Shown: in pieces, positions 10,719 to 19,145 of the stretch
Layout: each line of letters starts with the position of its first letter
How positions within the stretch are numbered: position 1 is the stretch's first letter
NCBI GenBank assembly: GCA_031550405.1
Contig: JAVBOP010000049.1
Location: 1 to 42,147 of the forward strand
DNA length: 42,147 bases
Reading direction: 5' to 3'
Source: Candidatus Kapaibacterium sp.
GTDB lineage: Bacteria > Bacteroidota > Ignavibacteria > Kapaibacteriales > UBA2268
The notes under the pieces: generated by a model
The model's database searches: none
What the model was told of the DNA's origin: nothing
Seen by the model: only the letters and a program-made list of their open reading frames with translations
Made by a program: the position numbers and the translations under genes

Positions 10719-10780
10719 TAGCAAACCACAATATAAATTTTATATTTATGAACAAATCATAAATATATTGTGGTTTGCTA
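10719..10780 (+). terminator. Long perfect hairpin downstream of tpiA (17-bp arms, 28-nt loop); terminator or regulatory element
   Basis: tagcaaaccacaatata (10719..10735) is the exact reverse complement of tatattgtggtttgcta (10764..10780). A T-rich tract follows. The loop holds a nested palindrome tttatga-acaaa-tcataaa (10745..10763). Confidence 0.5.
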
Positions 10781-10807
10781 TATTCTGATTTTTATATAAA
10801 AAAATAA

Positions 10808-10839
10808 TTTGGTTAATTCAGAAACTATGTTTAATTTTG
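10808..10839 (+). promoter_or_regulatory. Candidate Bacteroidetes-type promoter (-33 TTTG, -7 TAnnTTTG) for the ABC/GntR operon
   Basis: TTTG at 10808..10811 and TAATTTTG at 10832..10839, separated by 20 nt and lying about 55 nt upstream of ATG 10894. Confidence 0.35.
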
Positions 10840-10893
10840 TAGCGTATTAGTGATGTAATACAGCAATATGTTGAATGTAACAAGGATAAAATT

Positions 10894-11733
10894 ATGATTG
10901 AAATGCAAAATCTGTCTTTCGCATATAAAAAGACATCTGTTTTTGAAGCTCTCAATATAGAGTTTAAAAGTGGCAATATATACGGATTGCTCGGTGAAAA
11001 TGGAGTTGGCAAAACAACTCTGCTTAAAATTATTTCGGGCTTGCTTTTTCCGAAGCAAGGTTTTGTTTTTGTATTAGGGTATGAACCTAAAAAGCGGGAA
11101 GAAAAATTTCTTGAAAAAATATTCTTTTTGCCTGATGAATTTATTACTCCTAAGGAAGTAGCTGAGAAATGGGCAAAGCAAATGGGAGCTTTCTATCCAA
11201 CCTATAAGCATGATACTTTTTTGGAATGTATGCGTGAATTTGAAGTTGATCCTAAAAAGAGGCTTAATGAAATGTCTTTTGGGCAGCGTAAGAAGGCGTT
11301 GGTTTCGCTATGTATGGCTTGTCATACTGAGCTTTTGTTAATGGACGAACCCACGAATGGAATGGATATTCCATCTAAGTCTGTGTTCCGCAAACTGTTG
11401 GTGCGTTTTTCAAGTGAAAATCAATGCGTTATAATTTCGACGCATCAGGTTCGCGATTTGGAAAACCTCATCGACCCGATTGTCATTATGACAAATACGG
11501 ATATTTTGCTCAATGCAAGTGTTGAAGAAATTGAACGCAGACTGAAATTTGATTTTTGCATGAAGGATGATGAGACAGCTTTATATACTGAACAAACGCC
11601 GCAAGGTCTTTATGCTGTTAAAGTTAACGATGATGGAACAAACAGCAAGATGAATATTGAAATGTTATTTAATGCAGTTTTAAGAAATAAGACACAAATA
11701 AAACAGATATTTAATCAGGTTAATAAAAATTAG
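10894..11733 (+). CDS. ABC transporter ATP-binding protein (YtrB-like)
   Basis: Walker A GENGVGKTT, signature-like MSFGQRKK, Walker B LLLMDEPTNGMD and H-loop STHQ. Confidence 0.9.
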   Translation: MIEMQNLSFAYKKTSVFEALNIEFKSGNIYGLLGENGVGKTTLLKIISGLLFPKQGFVFVLGYEPKKREEKFLEKIFFLPDEFITPKEVAEKWAKQMGAFYPTYKHDTFLECMREFEVDPKKRLNEMSFGQRKKALVSLCMACHTELLLMDEPTNGMDIPSKSVFRKLLVRFSSENQCVIISTHQVRDLENLIDPIVIMTNTDILLNASVEEIERRLKFDFCMKDDETALYTEQTPQGLYAVKVNDDGTNSKMNIEMLFNAVLRNKTQIKQIFNQVNKN

Positions 11734-11741
11734 GATAATGT

Positions 11742-12191
11742 ATGAAAAATTTGTTATTATCCAAGCAAGCTAAGATATTTGTTGATGTATTGTTAATTGT
11801 CGGATTGGTATTATCATGCAAATTTTATCCAGATGAAACATCGACTGCTTACTGGAAATCCGCACACTGTATTGTATCGGTCGCATGGTTTTTATTAACA
11901 ATAATTCATGTATTTCAACATTGGAAACTTATAAAAGCATTCACAAAAAAGAATATCAGGCGTAAAAATAAAATCACAGCAATAACTGTTATATGCTTTA
12001 TTTTAATGGTATTAAGCATTACATTCTTTATATCTGGTCAGGGTGAAGCATTTGCAAAATTTCATCATGTCGTAGGCAACTTCTATATGCTAATGGCAAT
12101 CATACATGTAATTCAAAAATTCAAAAAACTAAAAGCACTTTTACCTAAAAACGAAACTATATCTACACAAACTCTAATAGGAGATAAATAA
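11742..12191 (+). CDS. Small 4-TM His-rich membrane protein (DUF4405-like)
   Basis: 149 aa with four hydrophobic segments. Paired conserved His contexts (HCIVSVAWFLLTIIHVFQHWK and HHVVGNFYMLMAIIHVIQKFK) resemble DUF4405. Confidence 0.5.
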   Translation: MKNLLLSKQAKIFVDVLLIVGLVLSCKFYPDETSTAYWKSAHCIVSVAWFLLTIIHVFQHWKLIKAFTKKNIRRKNKITAITVICFILMVLSITFFISGQGEAFAKFHHVVGNFYMLMAIIHVIQKFKKLKALLPKNETISTQTLIGDK

Positions 12192-12192
12192 T

Positions 12193-12954
12193 ATGAATAA
12201 ATTTTTGTTATTATTAAGGAATGAATTATATCAGTCTCGCGATAAATATTGGATAATTTTAGCTGCCATATTTGGAATATATTTTTCTCGCATCCCTATT
12301 TTTAATGGGGAAGTATCGCTTACAACAAGTCGTGTTTATGTACTTGTAGCTATGGCTGTGGTTATTGCACCATTTTATCTGTATGGCTTTTTGCATCAAG
12401 ATAAAAAAAGTTTCTTCTATGCAATGCAACCTGCAAGTTTAATTAAAAAATATTCATTAATATTAGTGCAATGCTTTGTTACAATTCCAGTTTTCGTTTT
12501 TGCAGTATCTAATTTATTTGAATATTGTCTCTCCGTCTTGGGTTGGGCAAATTATATACATAAGCCATTTGAAAATTATATAGTTACATATATTCATAGC
12601 TCAGGAACTATTAATGCCATGTACTCTGAATTTACTATGTTTATAGCTCAAGTTGTGGGTGTTACAATAATTACATCTATATCAATTCTTGCTGTTAATT
12701 TATTTAGATATAAGAAGTTAATTAAAACACTTGTATTTTTCTATATAATACCTTCAATGGCATTGCTATCGCTAACTTTACTTTTAAGCGGAATCATTTC
12801 AGCAGATTTTACAACATATTTAGGGGAAAAATTACAATATATTCGCACTTATATGGAAATTATTCAAAACTATACTAATATCATTGGGGTGGTTATAGTA
12901 ATCGCTATAAATTACATCACTTGGCGCGTTTTTAAAAATAAACAACTACAATAG
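12193..12954 (+). CDS. Polytopic membrane protein, paralog 1 of 3 (putative permease partner of the ABC ATPase)
   Basis: 253 aa and multi-TM. It shares with the next two ORFs the N-terminus MNKFLLLL, the core PFYLYGFLHQDKKSFFYAMQPA..KKYSLILVQCF, SILAVNLFRYKK and the C-terminus NYITWRVFKNKQLQ. Confidence 0.75.
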   Translation: MNKFLLLLRNELYQSRDKYWIILAAIFGIYFSRIPIFNGEVSLTTSRVYVLVAMAVVIAPFYLYGFLHQDKKSFFYAMQPASLIKKYSLILVQCFVTIPVFVFAVSNLFEYCLSVLGWANYIHKPFENYIVTYIHSSGTINAMYSEFTMFIAQVVGVTIITSISILAVNLFRYKKLIKTLVFFYIIPSMALLSLTLLLSGIISADFTTYLGEKLQYIRTYMEIIQNYTNIIGVVIVIAINYITWRVFKNKQLQ

Positions 12955-12966
12955 GAGACAAATAAT

Positions 12967-13737
12967 ATGAACAAATTTTTGTTATTATTAAAGAACGACA
13001 TATATCAACTTCGCCATAAATATATATTAATTATAGCGATTATAGCTGTGGTATATTCAATTACTGCTTTGTCATATTTTTATTTTTCTGAACGAAAAAT
13101 GGTTACAACGAGCAGTTACACTTATGAATTAATAAGTATAATAATGATTTTGTCGCCATTTTATCTGTACGGTTTTTTACATCAGGGTAAGAAAAATTTC
13201 TTTTATGCGATGCGACCGGCAAGTCAAATGAAAAAATATTCATCAATACTGGTGCAATGTTTTGTTGTTGTACCTATTGTGGTTTTTATTAGCTCTCGTT
13301 TATTTGAATTGGCATTGTCTTCATTCGGCTGGGTGAATTATACATACGAGAGTATTGCCACTTACGGCATTACTTATGTTCATAAGGTCAATAATTCCAT
13401 TTCTTCCTATGGTTCATTTATCAGCCAAGCATTAGGTGTTTTCATAGGTGCATCTATATCAATTCTTGCTGTTAATTTATTTAAATATAAGAAGATAATG
13501 AAGATGATTGTATTTTTTTATCTGTTACCTTTATTTCTTTTATATTTGATTATTGGCATTCTATATTTCATGGTAGGCGCTTCAATTTTAAATCAATTTT
13601 ATGAATTTGTTAGTAGAATATTAATAATGAGCATCTTTAAAGAGGTGAATGTTAATATTAACATTGTCGGATTTATAATAGTAATCGCTATGAATTACAT
13701 CACTTGGCGCATTTTTAAAAATAAGCAACTGCAATAG
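12967..13737 (+). CDS. Polytopic membrane protein, paralog 2 of 3
   Basis: 256 aa with the same conserved blocks as 12193..12954. AGGAGA SD lies 7 nt upstream. Confidence 0.75.
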   Translation: MNKFLLLLKNDIYQLRHKYILIIAIIAVVYSITALSYFYFSERKMVTTSSYTYELISIIMILSPFYLYGFLHQGKKNFFYAMRPASQMKKYSSILVQCFVVVPIVVFISSRLFELALSSFGWVNYTYESIATYGITYVHKVNNSISSYGSFISQALGVFIGASISILAVNLFKYKKIMKMIVFFYLLPLFLLYLIIGILYFMVGASILNQFYEFVSRILIMSIFKEVNVNINIVGFIIVIAMNYITWRIFKNKQLQ

Positions 13738-13749
13738 GAGATAAACAAT

Positions 13750-14475
13750 ATGAACAAATTTTTGTTATTATTAAAAAATGAATTATATCACCTTCGCTAT
13801 AAATACCTGTTAATTATAGCTATTATAGCTGTGGTATATACTGTACCATTATTATTTGTTAAAACTGATACCACTAATATCCTGACAATACTCAGCTTGA
13901 CTTACATATTAATAAGTATCATAATGGTTGCCGCACCATTTTATCTGTCTGGCTTTTTACATCAAGATAAAAGAAGTTTCTTTTATGCTATGCGACCAGC
14001 GAATCAGATTAAAAAATATTCATTAATCTTGATACAATGCTTTATTGTTGTGCCTGTTATTGTTTTCATGACATCTCGTTTATTTGAAAATAGTTTTACT
14101 GCATTGAATTGGGTAAAATATATAGCTGATGAAACTTCTTTTTGGGAAAGCGCTGATATTGCGAGCCTGTTTTCACTTGGATTTATGGCTGTTCTTATAA
14201 ATACATCGATGTCGATTTTTTCTGTTAATCTTTTTAAATATAAGAAGATAGTGAAATCTATTATGTTTTTGTATCTACTGCCTTACTTTATAATATTTCC
14301 ATTTGTTATTTACGGTCCACAAATATGTCCGAGTTTTTGGAATTTTATGGAGATAACATTAACGCCTTTGTTTGCATCGCCCAATGCGCCTTATGTCGTT
14401 AATATTATTATACTTATGATAGTAGCCGCTATAAACTATATTACTTGGCGCGTTTTTAAAAATAAACAGGTTTAG
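13750..14475 (+). CDS. Polytopic membrane protein, paralog 3 of 3
   Basis: 241 aa with the same conserved blocks (PFYLSGFLHQDKRSFFYAMRPA, SIFSVNLFKYKK, NYITWRVFKNKQV). AGGAGA SD upstream. Confidence 0.75.
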   Translation: MNKFLLLLKNELYHLRYKYLLIIAIIAVVYTVPLLFVKTDTTNILTILSLTYILISIIMVAAPFYLSGFLHQDKRSFFYAMRPANQIKKYSLILIQCFIVVPVIVFMTSRLFENSFTALNWVKYIADETSFWESADIASLFSLGFMAVLINTSMSIFSVNLFKYKKIVKSIMFLYLLPYFIIFPFVIYGPQICPSFWNFMEITLTPLFASPNAPYVVNIIILMIVAAINYITWRVFKNKQV

Positions 14476-14484
14476 GAGAAAAAT

Positions 14485-14838
14485 ATGGAATTTAAATCAG
14501 ATAAACCATTGTATTTACAGATTGCAGATTTGATTTGTGAAAAAATATTAATGCAGGAATACAAGCCCGAAGAACGGATACTTTCTGTGCGCGAAATGGC
14601 TCTGCAAATCGAAGTAAATCCTAACACCGTCATGCGTGCTTACGAGCAGTTGCAAGGACAAGGCATTATTGAGAACAAGCGCGGCATCGGCTATTATGTC
14701 TGTGGCGATGCCTACGAAAAAGTTATGCAAATAGAGCGTGAGATATTTTTCAAAGAAGTCATGCCGGAAGTTTTGAAAAAAATGCAGCTACTGAAAATTT
14801 CCATGCACGAGATTATGGATGGTAAGAACTTTATTTAA
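14485..14838 (+). CDS. GntR-family transcriptional regulator, YtrA subfamily (short, wHTH only)
   Basis: 117 aa. The motif ILSVREMALQIEVNPNTVMRAYEQLQGQGIIENKRGIGYYV is a typical GntR winged HTH. The short C-terminus is typical of YtrA-like regulators of ABC operons. Confidence 0.85.
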   Translation: MEFKSDKPLYLQIADLICEKILMQEYKPEERILSVREMALQIEVNPNTVMRAYEQLQGQGIIENKRGIGYYVCGDAYEKVMQIEREIFFKEVMPEVLKKMQLLKISMHEIMDGKNFI

Positions 14839-14998
14839 AATTATATTGTATGGATACTGCTAGTTAGATTAAATATCTTTACTATAATTTGTTCATTTTT
14901 TTGAAATGATATTAAGTAATCGAGAAATATTTATTATATTGCAGTTAATTATATAATAGAGTAATCTATGTTTTTTAAATAAATTTTATTGAGGTTTT

Positions 14999-17900
14999 AT
15001 GAAATCAAAATTTTTAAAATTACTTTGTATTATTTCGCTGATAGCATTGTGCAGTACAGAAAAATCTTTTGCATTGGAGGTATTGCAAATCGGTGATGGT
15101 ACTACTTCTAACAATACCGCTTATACACAAGCTGGAGGTTGTGGAAATGGCGTGTCTAATTATGGTTCTATGCAGTGGCTATTTTGGAATTGGAACTATG
15201 CAAATAGTCATTTTGCAAAAGTATATTATACTCCTACTGAAATGGCAGCAGCAGGTGGAAAGCCGATAAAAATAAGTTCAATTAGTTTTTGGATACATAG
15301 CGTTTATACAAATTCAAGTACAGCTAACACATTAGCAAATGCAAGTATTTGGCTACGCAATGTACCTGCTGCTGAAATTGGAACAACAATTAATACTGCT
15401 GGGTATGCAACAGGTGGAGCAATTGATACATCTGCGGCGAATGAATGGCAAAAAGTTTATTATAAATCAGCTGGCTTTAGTTGCTGTACGGAGGGTATAC
15501 AACAGGAATGTGGAGACCCTTGTGGTGGCGGGCATTATCCTGCACCTGCTGGTTATTGGTTTACTTTCAATTTTGACACACCATTCACGTATGATGGAAC
15601 AAGTTATCTTGAAGTACAATTTGGGAAATGGGGAAATTCGGGCACAGGTAATGTTAATGCGTTTGTTGTTAATTATTTTACAGCAGCGGGTGGAGTTTAT
15701 AGGTACTTGTCTAACTCAAATGGAGGGGCTACATATAGCACTCGCAATACTTATGAACCGCATATTCGTTTCAACTATGAGCAACCGAATATGTCCTATC
15801 TTCGTACCGAAGTAAGTTTTCCATCTAAAACACGCTTAACAGATAAGCAGTATAATGTTTTGCAATATAATGTTATTACAGAGAAGAAATCTAATCCATT
15901 AAAATTAAATAGCTTAGAGTTAAATTACAACAATACAACAGCAAGTACAAAACTTAGCAAAATAGAAGTATATTCAACAGGTGCAAGCGATGTATTTTCC
16001 ACGAACAACTTAGTATCTTCAATAATTAATCCTGATATAAGCGAGCTATCTACACTTAATTTTAATAATCAAACATTGGGCGAAGGCAATAATTATTTTT
16101 GGGTCGTTTATGAAGTAGATCCAACATTAACTAATTGTAATAATGTATTATCTGGTAATGTAAACAAGGTTATCGTTGGAGAAGACACGTATGACATTAA
16201 TTCGAGTTTGTCTAACACAATACCGCTACAGTATGATCCGATATCAGTTCCTGCTGATGTTGCTACTGAATATGAATATTGCAGTAACAGTGCTTCTATT
16301 GATATATCTTTTGTGATTTTTGGTACAGTAAAGAATTATTCATTATATAGACAGCTTACTCCAAGTTCCACAGAATTCGAAGCAACCCCACTATTAGTTA
16401 GCTCTATTCCTGAATTTTCTATTGACTCAGTTTATCCGTCTAATGGTTATACAACTTATAAGATAGTAATTAATCCACCTGATGGAGGGTGCACGGCAGA
16501 ACAATCATACACTGTCCACATGGATTCTGTAACTCCAGTACAGTCAGCTAAGGCTTATTTCAATGGAGAAGTACTACCTCTTGAAGATACGCTTCAAGTG
16601 TGTGAGAACGAAAGTTTATTGTTTACAAGCAGTATAGAAGGTAATTATAAAGGAGTGCGTTGGGAATATTATAATAATGGCTACTGGTCTGATATTTCTA
16701 TATATGAAATGCCTACAGCGAATACTACAACTTTAGAATTTATAGCTTCAGAACGTTATAAAAACACTCGTATTCGTCTTCGTGCTGATAGCGAATCTCC
16801 TTGCTCATTATCTGAATACAGTAATGAAATTTCAATCCAAGTGCTTAAAGTGCCATCGTTTTTGCAACAGCCTAAAACATCAATTGCTTTATGTACAGGT
16901 GAAAATTTTTATGTATCAGTTAACTTCATTAGCGATACTCCTATTTTCAGTTGTTGGTACAAAGATGGATATCCATTAATAGATACTAATGGTACTAATA
17001 TTTATAGCTTGCAAGAACTGAATTTTGAAAATATAGATAACTCTTTTGCAGGTAAGTATTATTATATATCAATAGTAAACAAGTGTGGGGAAATCGTAAC
17101 TATGTCGTCGGATACGGTAACGCTGATGATATTGCCCGAAACAGAAGTTGTAAATGTTACTAACGGCAGCGTAAAGGGTAGTATAGGCGGCAGCGCTTCC
17201 TTGCAGGTAGCAGCTCACTATGCAGGCATCACTCCGGATTTATATAAAGACGAGTTCCAGTGGTATCGCTATGATGGTATATTAAATCAAAGAATACCAT
17301 TAGAGAATAGCTATAAGATTAAGGGTGCTAACTCATCAACTTTGGTTATTAGCCATATCGTGGAAGATGACTATACTTACAATACTGACTACTATTATTG
17401 CATGGTAAATGGTCGCTGCGGTGGCAGTGCTACAAGCCAACCAATATATTTGATACCAAGCGATGAAATCTTTATCGTTGAGCAACCGCATGATGTTATT
17501 GTTTGCAATGATGCAACAGAAACAAGCCTCCATATAGAAACATATACAAGCAGTACTGAACCTGTTAAATACCGCTGGTATTATGGTACTCAGGAATTAT
17601 CAGATGACGCCACTTATAAAGGCACAGCTACTGCTACATTAACAATTGCTATTGATGCTGCAAGTACTTTTAGTGATAAATTCTACTGCAAAATGTGGTT
17701 AGGCAATGATCCTGACGTAAATCCTGTCCAATCAAACGAAGCTGGCATAACCGTATTGAATAATTATGCTATAACAGTTGTAGAGATGTCGCCATCTACT
17801 CTTGACATGGAAGAAGGCAGCGAGCTTAAATTGTTTATAACAACAGCAAATCCAGATACAGACGTCATAAGCTGGTATAAGGATGATAACTTCACCGGAG

Positions 17901-18331
17901 TTATAGGAGATGAATATATTATTCCTGCAGTAATTTTGTCTGATTCGGGCACTTATTCTGCCAAAATCACAAACGGATGCTCCGAACTTATACCTGCTGA
18001 CATGGTAGTTAAAATAATACCTGCAACTCCGAATACAGACGGCAATGGCTCTATTGAAGAGGCGCTGCTTGCGGAAGGTATTGTGCTTACTCCGCATCCT
18101 GCTTCCAATATGCTGAATGTGAAGTTTCTGTCAGATACTGAAGGTGCGGGAACAATAGGGATATACGACTTGCGCGGAACATTGCTTTACGAATGCAGCA
18201 TAACTGTGGAAAAAGGTATTGCCGCTCATTCGATAGATTTGACAAACTTAAATATTATCAATGGCAGCTATTTTATTCGCATAAATAATGCTGGCAAATA
18301 TAACATGAAGCCATTTATAATCGCAAAATAA
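14999..18331 (+). CDS. Large secreted surface protein: Cys/Gly-rich N-domain, multiple Ig-like repeats, T9SS type A C-terminal sorting domain
   Basis: 1110 aa with a signal peptide. Repeated Ig/I-set-like modules carry W[YE]K/R..G and D.G.Y.C motifs (WYKDGYPL...FAGKYYYISIVNKCGE; WYRYDG...YYYCMVNGRCGG; WYYGTQEL...FYCKMW; WYKDDNF...DSGTYSAKITNGCSE). The C-terminus LTPHPASNMLNVKF...IGIYDLRGTLLYE...GSYFIRINN.GKYNMKPFIIAK matches the T9SS CTD pattern. Confidence 0.8.
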   Translation: MKSKFLKLLCIISLIALCSTEKSFALEVLQIGDGTTSNNTAYTQAGGCGNGVSNYGSMQWLFWNWNYANSHFAKVYYTPTEMAAAGGKPIKISSISFWIHSVYTNSSTANTLANASIWLRNVPAAEIGTTINTAGYATGGAIDTSAANEWQKVYYKSAGFSCCTEGIQQECGDPCGGGHYPAPAGYWFTFNFDTPFTYDGTSYLEVQFGKWGNSGTGNVNAFVVNYFTAAGGVYRYLSNSNGGATYSTRNTYEPHIRFNYEQPNMSYLRTEVSFPSKTRLTDKQYNVLQYNVITEKKSNPLKLNSLELNYNNTTASTKLSKIEVYSTGASDVFSTNNLVSSIINPDISELSTLNFNNQTLGEGNNYFWVVYEVDPTLTNCNNVLSGNVNKVIVGEDTYDINSSLSNTIPLQYDPISVPADVATEYEYCSNSASIDISFVIFGTVKNYSLYRQLTPSSTEFEATPLLVSSIPEFSIDSVYPSNGYTTYKIVINPPDGGCTAEQSYTVHMDSVTPVQSAKAYFNGEVLPLEDTLQVCENESLLFTSSIEGNYKGVRWEYYNNGYWSDISIYEMPTANTTTLEFIASERYKNTRIRLRADSESPCSLSEYSNEISIQVLKVPSFLQQPKTSIALCTGENFYVSVNFISDTPIFSCWYKDGYPLIDTNGTNIYSLQELNFENIDNSFAGKYYYISIVNKCGEIVTMSSDTVTLMILPETEVVNVTNGSVKGSIGGSASLQVAAHYAGITPDLYKDEFQWYRYDGILNQRIPLENSYKIKGANSSTLVISHIVEDDYTYNTDYYYCMVNGRCGGSATSQPIYLIPSDEIFIVEQPHDVIVCNDATETSLHIETYTSSTEPVKYRWYYGTQELSDDATYKGTATATLTIAIDAASTFSDKFYCKMWLGNDPDVNPVQSNEAGITVLNNYAITVVEMSPSTLDMEEGSELKLFITTANPDTDVISWYKDDNFTGVIGDEYIIPAVILSDSGTYSAKITNGCSELIPADMVVKIIPATPNTDGNGSIEEALLAEGIVLTPHPASNMLNVKFLSDTEGAGTIGIYDLRGTLLYECSITVEKGIAAHSIDLTNLNIINGSYFIRINNAGKYNMKPFIIAK

Positions 18332-18351
18332 AAAGCAGATTATAAAAAAAT

Positions 18352-18387
18352 AAACTCCCGTTTTCATAATGACAGCGGGAGTTTTTT
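18352..18387 (+). terminator. Rho-independent terminator of the T9SS cargo gene
   Basis: aactcccg (18353..18360) pairs with cgggagtt (18376..18383), followed by a T-run. Confidence 0.7.
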
Positions 18388-19145
18388 GTACCCCATATTT
18401 CAGCCTGCAGTACAATAATACCGGTAAAGTGTCAATATGGTCAGTTCTTGTTGTATCTGTCCGATATGTCCGCCTTTGCTTGGAATAGTATTTCTATTTT
18501 CTGGTCGTACCTCACAACGGTTGAAAATATTTTTTCAATATACATTCCAATGGCATGGATTACACCATTTGCTAATACAAATTTATAGCATAATTGCATG
18601 AACATATTGAAGCTACCTACTCTTTGGTCAATGAATTTGCTAAATCGGATAAAAAATCACTTAATTTTTCAAGATTTTCATAAATGTTTTTTTAATTCTT
18701 CGTTCGCTTTCTGCAACGCTTTTAGGGAAAACAAAGCAACTACAAATCTGTATTAGCAAAGGGGATAATACGTCGTTTGGATGAACACAAATGATGAGCG
18801 CAGATATTGCGTTTCTAATGTTGATTTCCATGTTGGAAACCATTTTTTTGAAGTGTTTTGAATCGCAATTTGGACAGACTTTTCATGCATTATTTTCAAA
18901 TGGCATAACTATACGAAATTATTGAAAATTATTATAGGGAGTTGCTATTATTTTGAATATTATATCGAAAATTATTAAAATTTATTCATAAATATTTGCA
19001 TGCAATCGTCAGGTCAATATTGAAAATATTTCTTTCTTTAAAAAAAATTTGAACATATCCAAAACATTTTTGCATTTTATACGAATTTAATCCTATAAAT
19101 CATGTGTATTTTATTAACCAATTTTATTTTTAAAGGTTGAAAACG

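Larger units (their letters stand above)
12193..14475 (+). repeat. Tandem triplication of a ~770-bp gene unit, including conserved junctions
   Basis: Unit boundaries (last ~45 nt, AGGAGA[CT]AAA[CT]AATATGAA[CT]AAATTTTTGTTATTATTAA) are nearly identical at about 12180, 12950 and 13733. Confidence 0.8.

Noticed and set aside
15069-18097. Alternative-frame and antisense ORFs inside the 1110-aa T9SS cargo gene (for example 15339..15815 and 17732..18097).
   Set aside because: They are nested in a long ORF that has a signal peptide, repeats and a CTD. No independent support.
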